A DNA stretch of 64,000 bases. Origin: Planctomycetota bacterium. GTDB lineage: Bacteria; Planctomycetota; UBA1135; UBA2386. The stretch spans positions 1,600,001-1,664,000 of the forward strand of contig OZ245838.1 in NCBI GenBank assembly GCA_965228735.1, written 5' to 3'. Both the position numbers and the translations under genes were made by a program. The notes under the pieces are model-generated. The model searched no databases. It was given only the letters and a program-made list of their open reading frames with translations, and was not told the DNA's origin. Of the stretch, positions 1-8,484 are shown in pieces (positions within the stretch are counted from its first letter, which is position 1; each line of letters starts with the position of its first letter).

Positions 1-53
1 GGCCGCAGGGCCGGCCCATCCGCACGCGCCCAGCCAGGATCGACAGCGCTCAT
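1..53 (-). CDS. 5' end of a gene running off the window (MSAVDPGWARADGPALR...)
   Basis: ATG at 53-51 overlaps the TGA of the 50..307 ORF (ATGA coupling); frame open to the window edge. Confidence 0.45.
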   Translation of the reverse strand, partial: MSAVDPGWARADGPALR

Positions 54-307
54 GACCGTGCTCCAGGATCACCGCCGGCCGCCCGGCCACCGCGCGGATC
101 GAGATCCGGCGCCCGGACGATCTCCCGCCAGTGGTCACCGTGCTCGTCGCGGACCACGAGCCGGCGGCGGCTCGTCAGCAGCAGATCCGTGAGCTGTTCG
201 AAGGCGCGCCGTTCGAGACGCAGGGCAACGGGGCCAACCGTGAGAACCGTGTGGTCCTCGCTGCACGCATCGAGCGCGCAGCAGCCGTTTCGGGCAATTC
301 GTTCCAT
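50..307 (-). CDS. small hypothetical protein (85 aa)
   Basis: Protein-like composition, ATGA overlap with the next gene, AT-rich promoter-like segment upstream. Confidence 0.55.
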   Translation of the reverse strand: MERIARNGCCALDACSEDHTVLTVGPVALRLERRAFEQLTDLLLTSRRRLVVRDEHGDHWREIVRAPDLDPRGGRAAGGDPGARS

Positions 308-410
308 CGATGAACTGCGAGTGAAGTGAGCAGGAGAACAACAGGACGACGCGGCTCGTGACGGTCGCGTCGAGGAGTTGGCGCCGGTCGGCCCCGCCTC
401 GCTACAGCCC

Positions 411-441
411 CACTATTATTGCGACTGCGTCTCAGTAGCAA
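411..441 (-). promoter_or_regulatory. putative promoter with a Fur-box-like inverted repeat
   Basis: Minus strand TTGCTA...AATAATAGT, overlapping the imperfect palindrome ATTGCGACT-G-CGTCTCAGT (418-436). Confidence 0.35.
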
Positions 442-560
442 GAAAAGAACGCAGACATGACCGATGAAGAACCCACGAAGGCGGGCGCATCCCCTTCTCC
501 ACCTGACATCGCCGAACGCTGCGACCGGCCGGGAAATCCCTGGCGACCGAAGAATCCGGG

Positions 561-1136
561 CTAACCGCCCGCAGCCTGCGCGCGCTGCCAGACCTTCTCG
601 ATCTCGGCCTCGTATACGACGATGTCCTCGAGCTCGCGGTAGCGCCCGTCGATGTCCATGCCGAAGCCGATGACGAACTCGTCAGGGATGTCGAACCCGA
701 TGTGATCCGGCACGACGTCCACGACGCGCCGGGACGGCTTGTCGAGGAGCGTCACGACGCGACACGCCTTCGCACCACGCTCGGCGAAGTGTCCGCGCAG
801 CCGCGCGATCGTGCGCCCCGTATCGACGATGTCCTCGATGAGGACCACCGTCCGGCCTGCGCACGGGATGTCCTGCCCGCCGCGCACCTCGACGTTGCCG
901 CTGCTCTCCGTCCCGGCGCCATACGACTTCGCGGCGATCTCGTGCACGGGCAGACCGCCGGGCAACAACCGCTGCAGATGCCGCGCGAGCGGCCGCGCGC
1001 CCTCGACCACGGCGACGAGACACGGGGGTTCGTGCGCGACCTCGTCGGCGAGCAGGCGCGACAGTTCGTGGATGCGCCGCAGGATGTCGTCGCGACTCAG
1101 GAGGACGCGGAAAGGCGGGTGGTTGGAGGCTGTCAT
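561..1136 (-). CDS. hpt: hypoxanthine phosphoribosyltransferase
   Basis: PRT motif VVLIEDIVDTGRT, plus KSYG, LLDKPSRR and DEFVIGFGMD. Confidence 0.92.
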   Translation of the reverse strand: MTASNHPPFRVLLSRDDILRRIHELSRLLADEVAHEPPCLVAVVEGARPLARHLQRLLPGGLPVHEIAAKSYGAGTESSGNVEVRGGQDIPCAGRTVVLIEDIVDTGRTIARLRGHFAERGAKACRVVTLLDKPSRRVVDVVPDHIGFDIPDEFVIGFGMDIDGRYRELEDIVVYEAEIEKVWQRAQAAGG

Positions 1137-1153
1137 GCGCGATCGGCTTCCGG

Positions 1154-3004
1154 TCACGGCATCTGGAACGCGACCGCCGGCGACAGCGCCGGGATCGTGA
1201 ACGTGTTGAGATCGAGGATCACGTGGGCGGCGAACAACGTCGCGCCGGAGAAGACGTTGGGGGTCGGCAGATCGAGTCGCAGCGAACGATAGCCCGCCGC
1301 CGGCATCGCCTGGAACGAGCCCGGCAGACCGAGCCACAGCTGCAGGAACGGATCGAGGTTGAGCGGGATCGTCTGATTGAGGAACGGGAAACCGGGCGTC
1401 GAACCGTAGGCCACGCCGATGATGCTCCAGAGCGCCCCGCCACCGTGATCGAGTGCCGTGCCGTGCACCGTGATCCCGCCGCCATCCGTCGACACCCCGA
1501 CCTGCACCGGGTGCAGCGTCGTGTCCGTCGGATTCATCGCCCCGGGGGAGCCGCGGTCACCGATCCCGAACGGCAGCGGCGCGGCGGCACAGTTCGACGA
1601 CACCGCGCTGGCGAACAGATTGCGACGCTCGGTCGCGATCCCGCTGCCGCCCGGGAACCCGCTCGTGTAGGAGATCGAATCGAGGAAGGTCGAACCCTGC
1701 CGCAGCGTCACCGTCTCGCCGCCGTTGCCGAGCGACATCGTGTTGTACGGGACGGTCATGCCGAGCGGCTGCTGGCCGTTGCGGGCCGGGGCACCGTCAC
1801 GCTGGAACACCATCGGGCGGCCCGGCACGAGCATGAAGTTGCTCGCGATCGTGATCGTCGAGCTGTTGTCCTGGATGCGCAGCCCGGCGAGACCGACCGG
1901 TTGCGGACCGACGTTCACGACCTCGACGTATTCGCCGTTGGTGTCGGGCACGACGGACGGGTCGCGATGCAGCTCGCTGATGCGCACGTCGCCGGCGCCG
2001 AGCTGCGGCACGCTGACCTCATCGCAGTAGAAGTCGAGGAAGTCGCCGTTCTCCGCGGTCGCGCGATAGCGCCGACCGTCGGTGTCGATCCGCACGTTCC
2101 CCGTGACGCCGAACCCGATCGTGTTCGAGCTGCCGCGCGTCGTGCTGAGCATCGCCCGCGCTGCGGCGGCCTGGACGATCCGATTGGTGACGTTGATCGT
2201 CGGGTGCCCGTAGGGATTGCCCGTGCCGCAGCTCACCAGCGCGAGTTCGGGGTCGAGCCGCGTCACGAGGTTGGTGTTGGTCGAGGTGTTCGAGCCGTGG
2301 TGGTTGAGCTTGTAGACGTCGACATCGCCGCAGGCGAGCGCCGCTGCACTCTCCACGTCGACCGTGCTGTTGCCGCCACCCGTGAGGTCGCCGCCGAGCC
2401 ACATCGAGAAATCGCCGTAGTCGAGCCGCAGCACGACCGACCGCGAGTTCTCTTCCTGCGACGAGGGGATCGGGTCGATGAACGCGCCGCCGAGGACATG
2501 GCCATCGCGCGCGATGCACGTCGCGGTCGCGCCCCCGCCGAGCTGGAAGACCTGGCCGACCTGCACCGTGCGGCGCCGCGCCCCGGCCGCGTTGAGGTAG
2601 TCCGGCATCTGCGAGCTGCCGTTGTTCCGGCGCAGGTCGCCGCGGTCGTAGGCGAACACGAACGGGCGCGCGTTGAGCAGCTCGTCGAGCCCGCCCATGT
2701 GATCCGTGTGGAAATGCGACAGGAACGTGAAGCCGTAGCCGGTCGGCTGCAGCTGGTTCACGACCGGCAGCATCGACAGGATCCCCTGGTTGTTCGGGCC
2801 GCCGTCGTAGCAGTGGATCGTCCCGTCCGGCGCGCGGATCACGACGCCGTCACCCTGACCGACGTCGACGAGCACGACCGTGAGACCGGTCGGCGCGTCG
2901 GCTTCGCCGTTCTGGGCGGCGAGCTGCAGCCCGAACGAAACGATGGCGGCGACCAGGGCGAGCGCCCTGGCGAAGTTGGAAGCGAACATGGCGGCGAGGA
3001 CCAT
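1154..3004 (-). CDS. secreted ComEC/Rec2-like metallo-beta-lactamase-fold hydrolase with a lamin-tail-like domain
   Basis: Signal peptide; DVGQGD, SHFHTDHMGG, HHGS, NPYGHP motifs; ISE...GEYVEVVN...LGNGGETVTL segment; start uncertain (3019/3004/2989). Confidence 0.8.
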   Translation of the reverse strand: MVLAAMFASNFARALALVAAIVSFGLQLAAQNGEADAPTGLTVVLVDVGQGDGVVIRAPDGTIHCYDGGPNNQGILSMLPVVNQLQPTGYGFTFLSHFHTDHMGGLDELLNARPFVFAYDRGDLRRNNGSSQMPDYLNAAGARRRTVQVGQVFQLGGGATATCIARDGHVLGGAFIDPIPSSQEENSRSVVLRLDYGDFSMWLGGDLTGGGNSTVDVESAAALACGDVDVYKLNHHGSNTSTNTNLVTRLDPELALVSCGTGNPYGHPTINVTNRIVQAAAARAMLSTTRGSSNTIGFGVTGNVRIDTDGRRYRATAENGDFLDFYCDEVSVPQLGAGDVRISELHRDPSVVPDTNGEYVEVVNVGPQPVGLAGLRIQDNSSTITIASNFMLVPGRPMVFQRDGAPARNGQQPLGMTVPYNTMSLGNGGETVTLRQGSTFLDSISYTSGFPGGSGIATERRNLFASAVSSNCAAAPLPFGIGDRGSPGAMNPTDTTLHPVQVGVSTDGGGITVHGTALDHGGGALWSIIGVAYGSTPGFPFLNQTIPLNLDPFLQLWLGLPGSFQAMPAAGYRSLRLDLPTPNVFSGATLFAAHVILDLNTFTIPALSPAVAFQMP

Positions 3005-3048
3005 ACCAGATGCGGCCACGGCGCCGCGCCATCGATATGCTGCGTCGC

Positions 3049-3909
3049 GTGAACTGCCGCACCGGCTACCACCGCGCAGACCGAACGTCTGCGCCTTTCC
3101 GCATCATGCTGCTCGCCTTGCTGATCGTGGTGCCCGCGTGCGATGACAAGGGCCCGACGCTCGGCACGATCGACGCCGGAGCACTGCAACTGGACAGCGA
3201 CATCGCGCGCTGGGAGCGCCTCGACGAGCACGAGCCACCACGCCGCCTGCGCGACCCGCGCACGGGCGTCGTCTTCCGGCGCGTCGAACCCGGATCGTTC
3301 CCCCAACACCTGCCGCAGCTCGACATCACGCGGACGATCCGCGTGAGCCGCCCGTTCCTGCTCGCCGAGACCGAGTTCACGGCGGGCCAGTTCCGTGCGT
3401 TCGCGAGCCGGGCCATCGCCGGCCCGACCCTGCCGACCCCGAAGCAGGACGAGCTGCCGATGCCGTTGTCGTTCGACGACTCGGTCGCGCTGTGCGATGC
3501 GCTCGGCTACCGCCTGCCGACCGAAGCCGAATGGGAGCTCGCGTGCCGCGGCGGCCACGCGGACGCGACCGCGCCGTGGTCGACGCCCGCCGCCGTGCGC
3601 GAGCACGCGTGGTTCAACGCCAACGCGGGCAGCGGCCCCCAACCCGTCGCGACCCGCACGCCGAACGCGCTCGGCTTCCACGACATGCTCGGCAACGTCT
3701 GGGAATGGTGCATCGACTACTACGAGATGGCGCCGTTCGGGACCGACCCCGCGCCGGTCGATCCGCAGACCACCAACGTCATGCCGGGCCGCGCAATGCG
3801 CGGCGCCTCGTGGTTCACGCCGGGCAACCCGCAACCGACGGACCGGTCCCAGGACTTCCCGGCCACGCGCAACATCTTCTACGGCCTCCGCCCAGCCCAC
3901 GACCTCTGA
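3049..3909 (+). CDS. formylglycine-generating-enzyme (SUMF1/FGE-sulfatase) family protein, probable lipoprotein
   Basis: YRLPTEAEWELACRGG, PNALGFHDMLGNVWEWC, RGASW; lipobox-like VVPAC; start 3049 or 3106. Confidence 0.85.
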   Translation: MNCRTGYHRADRTSAPFRIMLLALLIVVPACDDKGPTLGTIDAGALQLDSDIARWERLDEHEPPRRLRDPRTGVVFRRVEPGSFPQHLPQLDITRTIRVSRPFLLAETEFTAGQFRAFASRAIAGPTLPTPKQDELPMPLSFDDSVALCDALGYRLPTEAEWELACRGGHADATAPWSTPAAVREHAWFNANAGSGPQPVATRTPNALGFHDMLGNVWEWCIDYYEMAPFGTDPAPVDPQTTNVMPGRAMRGASWFTPGNPQPTDRSQDFPATRNIFYGLRPAHDL

Positions 3910-3913
3910 GGAT

Positions 3914-4012
3914 TGGCGGTACCGAACCCGTTTCGAATCCGCCACGGAGCGACGAGCGCAGGTGGCGCTGCCGAACCGCGTTGGCGAACCTGGTCGATGG
4001 CGGATTCGAAAC
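3914..4012. repeat. 115-bp palindromic REP/REPIN-like element, copy 1 (left arm, spacer and part of the right arm; interrupted by the intron)
   Basis: Arm TGGCGGTACCGAACCCGTTTCGAATCCGCCA at 3914-3944; inverted arm split into 3998-4012 and 6005-6020. Confidence 0.9.
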
Positions 4013-6004
4013 GCCGGGTGGCCCTGGGGGTCTCCCCCCAGGGCTCCCACAGATCCGGACGTGCGCGGCTAACGCATCCGGCTCGTCAGCGACAAGGGCT
4101 CGCTGCGTAGACCGACCGGGTCAGCCGGGGCGGAGGAAGCGGGTATGCACGCAGCAGTTGCTCGAAGCGGGCCCACGACATGTAGGCCGCCCGCGAGCGC
4201 CGGCTCAGCCACCGATGCCAGATGCGACGGGCCTCGTACCATACGCGACGTAACGCAGCAGAGTTGCCGGTCACGCCGAAGTAGAGGTAGTGCCCCCGTA
4301 GCTTCGAGCACAGGGTGGAGTACTGGACGCGGACCTTGTCGTGCCGATTGCGACGGCACCAATCCCGTAGCCCAGTCAGGGTACGGGTCACGACGTGTCG
4401 TGTGGTGCGCCGCTGCACGGTCCATCGGCCGCGCCGGGAGCGTGACCAGTGATGGGTGAAGCCCAGGAAGTCGAAAGTGCCGCTCCCCGCCGCGCCGTCT
4501 TCGGGCGGTTGGAAGCGGACTAACCGGGTCTTGTCCGGATGCAGTGTGAGGCCGAAGCGCCCGAGCCTTTGGGCCAGGATCGACGACATCGCACGTGCAT
4601 CGGCTTCGACGGCAAACAGGATCACGAAGTCGTCCGCATAGCGGACCAACTCCGCGCGACCGGCAAGCCTCGGCTTGACTTCCTCGACAAACCAACGGTC
4701 CAGCACTGCGTGCAAATAGATGTTCGCCAGCAGCGGCGAAATCACGCCTCCTTGTGGGGTGCCTTTGCGAGAGCGATGCAGCGCACCGTCCTCCTGCACC
4801 CCCGCCTTCAGCCACTTGTCGATCAGTCGACGGAACACTCCGTCGCGCACCCGCTGGTCGAGGATCGCTCGCAGATGGGTCGGCTCCAGGTTGTCGAAGA
4901 AACCTTGGATGTCGACTTCCAATAGCCAGCCGCCACCCATCGACATCGCATGCTTCCAAAGCGATTCCAGTGCCGTGTGCGGCGAGCGACCGGGACGGAA
5001 GCCGTGCGAGCAGTCCAAGAAGTCCTGCTCATATACCGCCTCCATCACTTGCGTCACCGCCCGCTGCAAGACCTTGTCCTCCAGCGTCGGCACTCCGATT
5101 GGACGCGTGCCACCCTTCCCTTTCGGGATGTGCACGCGCCGGACCGGTGGTGCGCGATAGCGCCCTGACTTCGCGCGTTCGTGCAGGTCCGCGAGGTTGC
5201 CCTCGAGATCCTGCTCGTAGTCGCGAGCCGTGACGCCGTCGACACCAGGAGCTTTGGACTTCTGCGTGCGGCGATACGCCTCCCGCAGAAGCGCGATGTC
5301 CATGTGGTGTGCCAGTGTGGTCAGGACCAGGTCTGGTCGCTGCCTCGCCAGCTCCGCTACCCGCCGGAGTTTCGTGGAGACCTGCTCGGAGCCCGTCGTC
5401 TCCGTGGTCGGTCCGTCCAGCGGTTCCTTGTCGCCGGTGACGCCCTTCCCTCCGCCGGGTCCCCGTGGGGCGGGTTCCCCGGACTCTTTGGTACTATGAC
5501 GCACTCCGACTCCCTCGTTGGCGTCCCGCGTCGCTTCGTTTCCTTCGCTCGGCGGTACCGGCCGTGTGTCCGGATTCCTTGACGGCACCGACGCGGACAC
5601 GACGTCGCGGCCCTGGAGAGTTGGTTTCCGGGCCCCAGCCGGAGTTGACGATCGGACCAATCGAGGGGATCCCAGGTTCCTGGGGAGTCCGATGGATGCG
5701 TGCGGTCGTTCTCAGGACCCCGGAGAGACTTCCGGGCCAAGCCGGTTGCGGCCCTTCCATGTTGCCTTCCGATGAACCCACCACGTCGGCTCTCTCGCTG
5801 TCGGTACTTTCGGGGCTCAGTCGCGCCGCCCACATCCTCGCTGTCTACGCTTCGCAGCGGCGGTTACCCGGTCGCCACGCAAGACTCGCTTCCGGCTGGT
5901 GGCTAGCCTTCGCCGGGCGGGTTTCGTCACCCGCGGGACTCCAATACGGGGTTCTCATTCCTGTCAGGTCATGATTTCTCCCGTCCAGGCTTCGCCTGGC
6001 GCAA
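4013..6004 (-). mobile_element. group II intron (IIB-like), 1992 nt
   Basis: Domain V GAGCCGGATGCG...GTCCGGATCT (4084-4051) with AGC triad; domain VI with a bulged A 7 nt from the end; 5' end TTGCG; removing it restores the flanking palindrome arm. Confidence 0.92.
4086..5420 (-). CDS. ltrA: group II intron reverse transcriptase/maturase, no endonuclease domain
   Basis: APGVDG, RPIGVPTLEDK, GFRPGRS, GTPQGGVISPLLANIYL, RYADD, FDFLGF, domain X; start codon uncertain (see findings). Confidence 0.93.
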   Translation of the reverse strand: MDGPTTETTGSEQVSTKLRRVAELARQRPDLVLTTLAHHMDIALLREAYRRTQKSKAPGVDGVTARDYEQDLEGNLADLHERAKSGRYRAPPVRRVHIPKGKGGTRPIGVPTLEDKVLQRAVTQVMEAVYEQDFLDCSHGFRPGRSPHTALESLWKHAMSMGGGWLLEVDIQGFFDNLEPTHLRAILDQRVRDGVFRRLIDKWLKAGVQEDGALHRSRKGTPQGGVISPLLANIYLHAVLDRWFVEEVKPRLAGRAELVRYADDFVILFAVEADARAMSSILAQRLGRFGLTLHPDKTRLVRFQPPEDGAAGSGTFDFLGFTHHWSRSRRGRWTVQRRTTRHVVTRTLTGLRDWCRRNRHDKVRVQYSTLCSKLRGHYLYFGVTGNSAALRRVWYEARRIWHRWLSRRSRAAYMSWARFEQLLRAYPLPPPRLTRSVYAASPCR

Positions 6005-6020
6005 AGGTTCGGTACCGCCA
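6005..6020. repeat. remainder of the right arm of palindromic element copy 1 (5' exon carrying IBS1/IBS2)
   Basis: AGGTTCGGTACCGCCA is the reverse complement of 3914-3929 with one mismatch. Confidence 0.9.
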
Positions 6021-6024
6021 ACCT

Positions 6025-7143
6025 CTATCGGAGAAGTCGCTCGCGTTGCAGGTACTCGTGGATCACCCGGGCCTGGATCGCGTGGCCGACGTCGTTGGCG
6101 TGCTGATCGCTCGGATGAGCCCAGAGGTCCTGCTCGTCGCCGTCGTAGGCGAGGAACGCGGGCAGCAGGTCGAGCGTGCGAATGTCGTTGTCCGCACAGA
6201 ACGACGTCACCAGCTCGTGCACCGGCCGCAACGGGTAGAGCTCCGGCTCGAGCTGCGACAGCATGGGGAAGACGCAGACGACGAGCGGGACGCCGCGCGG
6301 CCGCAGCGCGTCGCGCAGCGCGAGCAGGCCCTCGCGCGTGCCGCGCCACATCGGACTGTCCTCCTCGATGCGGCTGCGGAAGTCGGTCATGCGCTGCCGC
6401 GCGCGATACTGCCGAACGAGCTGCACCGTGTGATCGAGCGCCAGCGAGACGCCGCCGAGCACCGGCTCGAGCGGGACCGCGCGATACGTCAGCATGCCGA
6501 TCCGGACATCGATGTCGTTGAGGCACAGCCCCACGAGCACGAGATCGGGTTCGAAGTGGATGCCGTTGTCCCGCACCCAGACGTGGTAGCTCGACGGGTC
6601 ACTGCCGGCCGTCGCGAAGCCGGCGTTGATCACCTCCACCGGTCGCGCGAGCTCTTCCCGCAGCCGGGCCTCGAGGACCTGCGGCCAGCTCAGGTCGAGC
6701 CGCACGCCCATGCCATAGGTCATCGAATCGCCGAGCGCGAGGACGCGGTACTCGTTCGGCGCCTTCTGCACGTCGAACTCGAGATCGCGCAGGCCGAGAC
6801 TGTTGGTGTCGATACGCACGCAGCCGTGCTCGTCGAAGTAGTCCCAACGCGGCGCCGGGCGATACCCCCACCGCAGCTTGAGGTTGGCGAGCAGCAGGCC
6901 GTAGGGCGGCTCGGTGAAGCCGTTGTCCGCCGAGAAGTCGCTCGTCGCCATCTTCCCGGAGTAGGCGATCACCTCACCGAGCGGCACCTCGAGCCCGGCG
7001 TCGGTGAAGTAGATCGGATGCGGGGCGACCGGCCGGCCCCGGATCCGGAGCCCGGCTTCGATGAGCAGCACCGGCGCGATGATCCCGAACGCGATCAGAC
7101 CGAGTTTCTTGCCGAACCCGATCCTGCCGCGACGTCGAACCAC
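6025..7143 (-). CDS. membrane-anchored SGNH/GDSL hydrolase family protein
   Basis: N-terminal TM helix; TNSLGLRD, LALGDSMTYG, VINAG, CLND, DQHANDVGH. Confidence 0.87.
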   Translation of the reverse strand: MVRRRGRIGFGKKLGLIAFGIIAPVLLIEAGLRIRGRPVAPHPIYFTDAGLEVPLGEVIAYSGKMATSDFSADNGFTEPPYGLLLANLKLRWGYRPAPRWDYFDEHGCVRIDTNSLGLRDLEFDVQKAPNEYRVLALGDSMTYGMGVRLDLSWPQVLEARLREELARPVEVINAGFATAGSDPSSYHVWVRDNGIHFEPDLVLVGLCLNDIDVRIGMLTYRAVPLEPVLGGVSLALDHTVQLVRQYRARQRMTDFRSRIEEDSPMWRGTREGLLALRDALRPRGVPLVVCVFPMLSQLEPELYPLRPVHELVTSFCADNDIRTLDLLPAFLAYDGDEQDLWAHPSDQHANDVGHAIQARVIHEYLQRERLLR

Positions 7144-7225
7144 GAAGGCATCGTGCGCCCGTTCGGTCGCTGCCGCAACCCTGCCGCCGGTCGCGCCGAC
7201 CGGCGCGCCATGGCATAGTCGCGCC

Positions 7226-8473
7226 ATGCCGGCTCACGACCGCCCCGCCGTCCGCCCACTCGACGTGCAGCGCATCGAACACAGCGACGGCCCCGGCATC
7301 GTGCTCGTCGATCGCCTCGGCATCAGCGAACCGTCGTTCATCCCCGAGGACCTGCTCCCGATCGTCGGCCGCTGCACCGGCGAGTGGACGCTCGGCGAGA
7401 TCCGTGAACAGGCCGCACCGCAGTACGGCGGCGAACTCCCCGCCGAGTTCGTGCAACAGGTCGTCGATCAGCTCGAGGATCGCGCGCTCCTGCTCGGCGG
7501 TCGCTTCGAGACCGCGATCGCCGAGCGCGCCGCGCAGTTCATCGCCGAACCCCGCCGGGCGGCCAGCCATGCCGGCTCCGCGGGCTACCCGGCCGACGCG
7601 GCGGCGCTGCGCGCGGCACTGCGCCGGCTCGTGTCGACCGACTGCCTCGCGACCGGGGCGGCGGCCCCCGTGCGCGGCCTCGTGGCGCCGCACATCGATC
7701 TCGCCCGCGGCGAGCGCGGCTACGCCGCGGCCTACGGCCATCTGCTGACCGCGGAACCCGCCGACCTCTACGTGATCTTCGGCACGGGTCATGCCGGACC
7801 GAGCGCTCCCGTGACCGGCCTGTCGCTCGACTGGCAGACGCCGCTGGGCATCGCGGCGACGGACCGCGCGTTCGTCGAGCACGTCCACCGGGCGATCGGC
7901 CCGCCGCGCCCCGGCGACCTGCTGATCCACCGCGCAGAACACAGCATCGAGTTCCAGGTCTTGCTGCTGCAGCACGTGCACGAAGCGCTCGGCATCGCTC
8001 CGCCGCGCGTCGCGGGCTTCCTCTGCGGCGCGCTGCCGTCCGCTACGGGTGACCCGCTCACCGAGGACTACTGCCGTGACATCGTGCAGAGCTTCCGCGC
8101 GGCCGAGGCCGGGTTCGCCGGCACCGTGCGCTACATCGCGGGCGCCGATCTCGCGCACATCGGACCGTTCTTCGGCGATCCGGCCCCCGTGGACGACGCG
8201 CGGCTCGCGCAGCTCGAGACGACGGAACGCGCCCGCCTCGCGCAACTGACGAACGGCAGTCCCGGCCCGTTCCACGCGTCGGTCGACGGCAACGGCAACC
8301 CCGATCGCGTGTGCTCCGCGCCCGCGATCACGCTCACCGCCGAACTCGCGGGCGGCGTTGGCGAGCTGCTGCACTACGGCCAGGCGCGCGCGGCCGACGA
8401 TTCGCAGACGGTGTCGTTCTGCGCGATGACGTTCGCGGGCCCGTCACCCGAGCCCGACACGACGCGGCCCTGA
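7226..8473 (+). CDS. amrB: AmmeMemoRadiSam system protein B (MEMO1 family) with N-terminal extension
   Basis: HAGSAGYP, VAPHID, IFGTGH, WQTPLG, EHSIEFQ, ADLAHIG. Confidence 0.85.
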   Translation: MPAHDRPAVRPLDVQRIEHSDGPGIVLVDRLGISEPSFIPEDLLPIVGRCTGEWTLGEIREQAAPQYGGELPAEFVQQVVDQLEDRALLLGGRFETAIAERAAQFIAEPRRAASHAGSAGYPADAAALRAALRRLVSTDCLATGAAAPVRGLVAPHIDLARGERGYAAAYGHLLTAEPADLYVIFGTGHAGPSAPVTGLSLDWQTPLGIAATDRAFVEHVHRAIGPPRPGDLLIHRAEHSIEFQVLLLQHVHEALGIAPPRVAGFLCGALPSATGDPLTEDYCRDIVQSFRAAEAGFAGTVRYIAGADLAHIGPFFGDPAPVDDARLAQLETTERARLAQLTNGSPGPFHASVDGNGNPDRVCSAPAITLTAELAGGVGELLHYGQARAADDSQTVSFCAMTFAGPSPEPDTTRP

Positions 8474-8484
8474 CACTCGCGCCT

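Noticed and set aside
3914..4012. attC site or class C terminator-targeting intron
   Set aside because: No RYYYAAC/GTTRRRY ends or integrase; the intron has an AGC triad and an EBS2, unlike IIC
5551..5560. GGCGGTACCG inside the intron as another target site
   Set aside because: Not followed by AACCC, so there is no IBS1; probably part of the ribozyme
4086..5660. Retron, DGR or defence-type reverse transcriptase
   Set aside because: Domains V/VI, a maturase X domain and EBS-IBS pairing identify a group II intron
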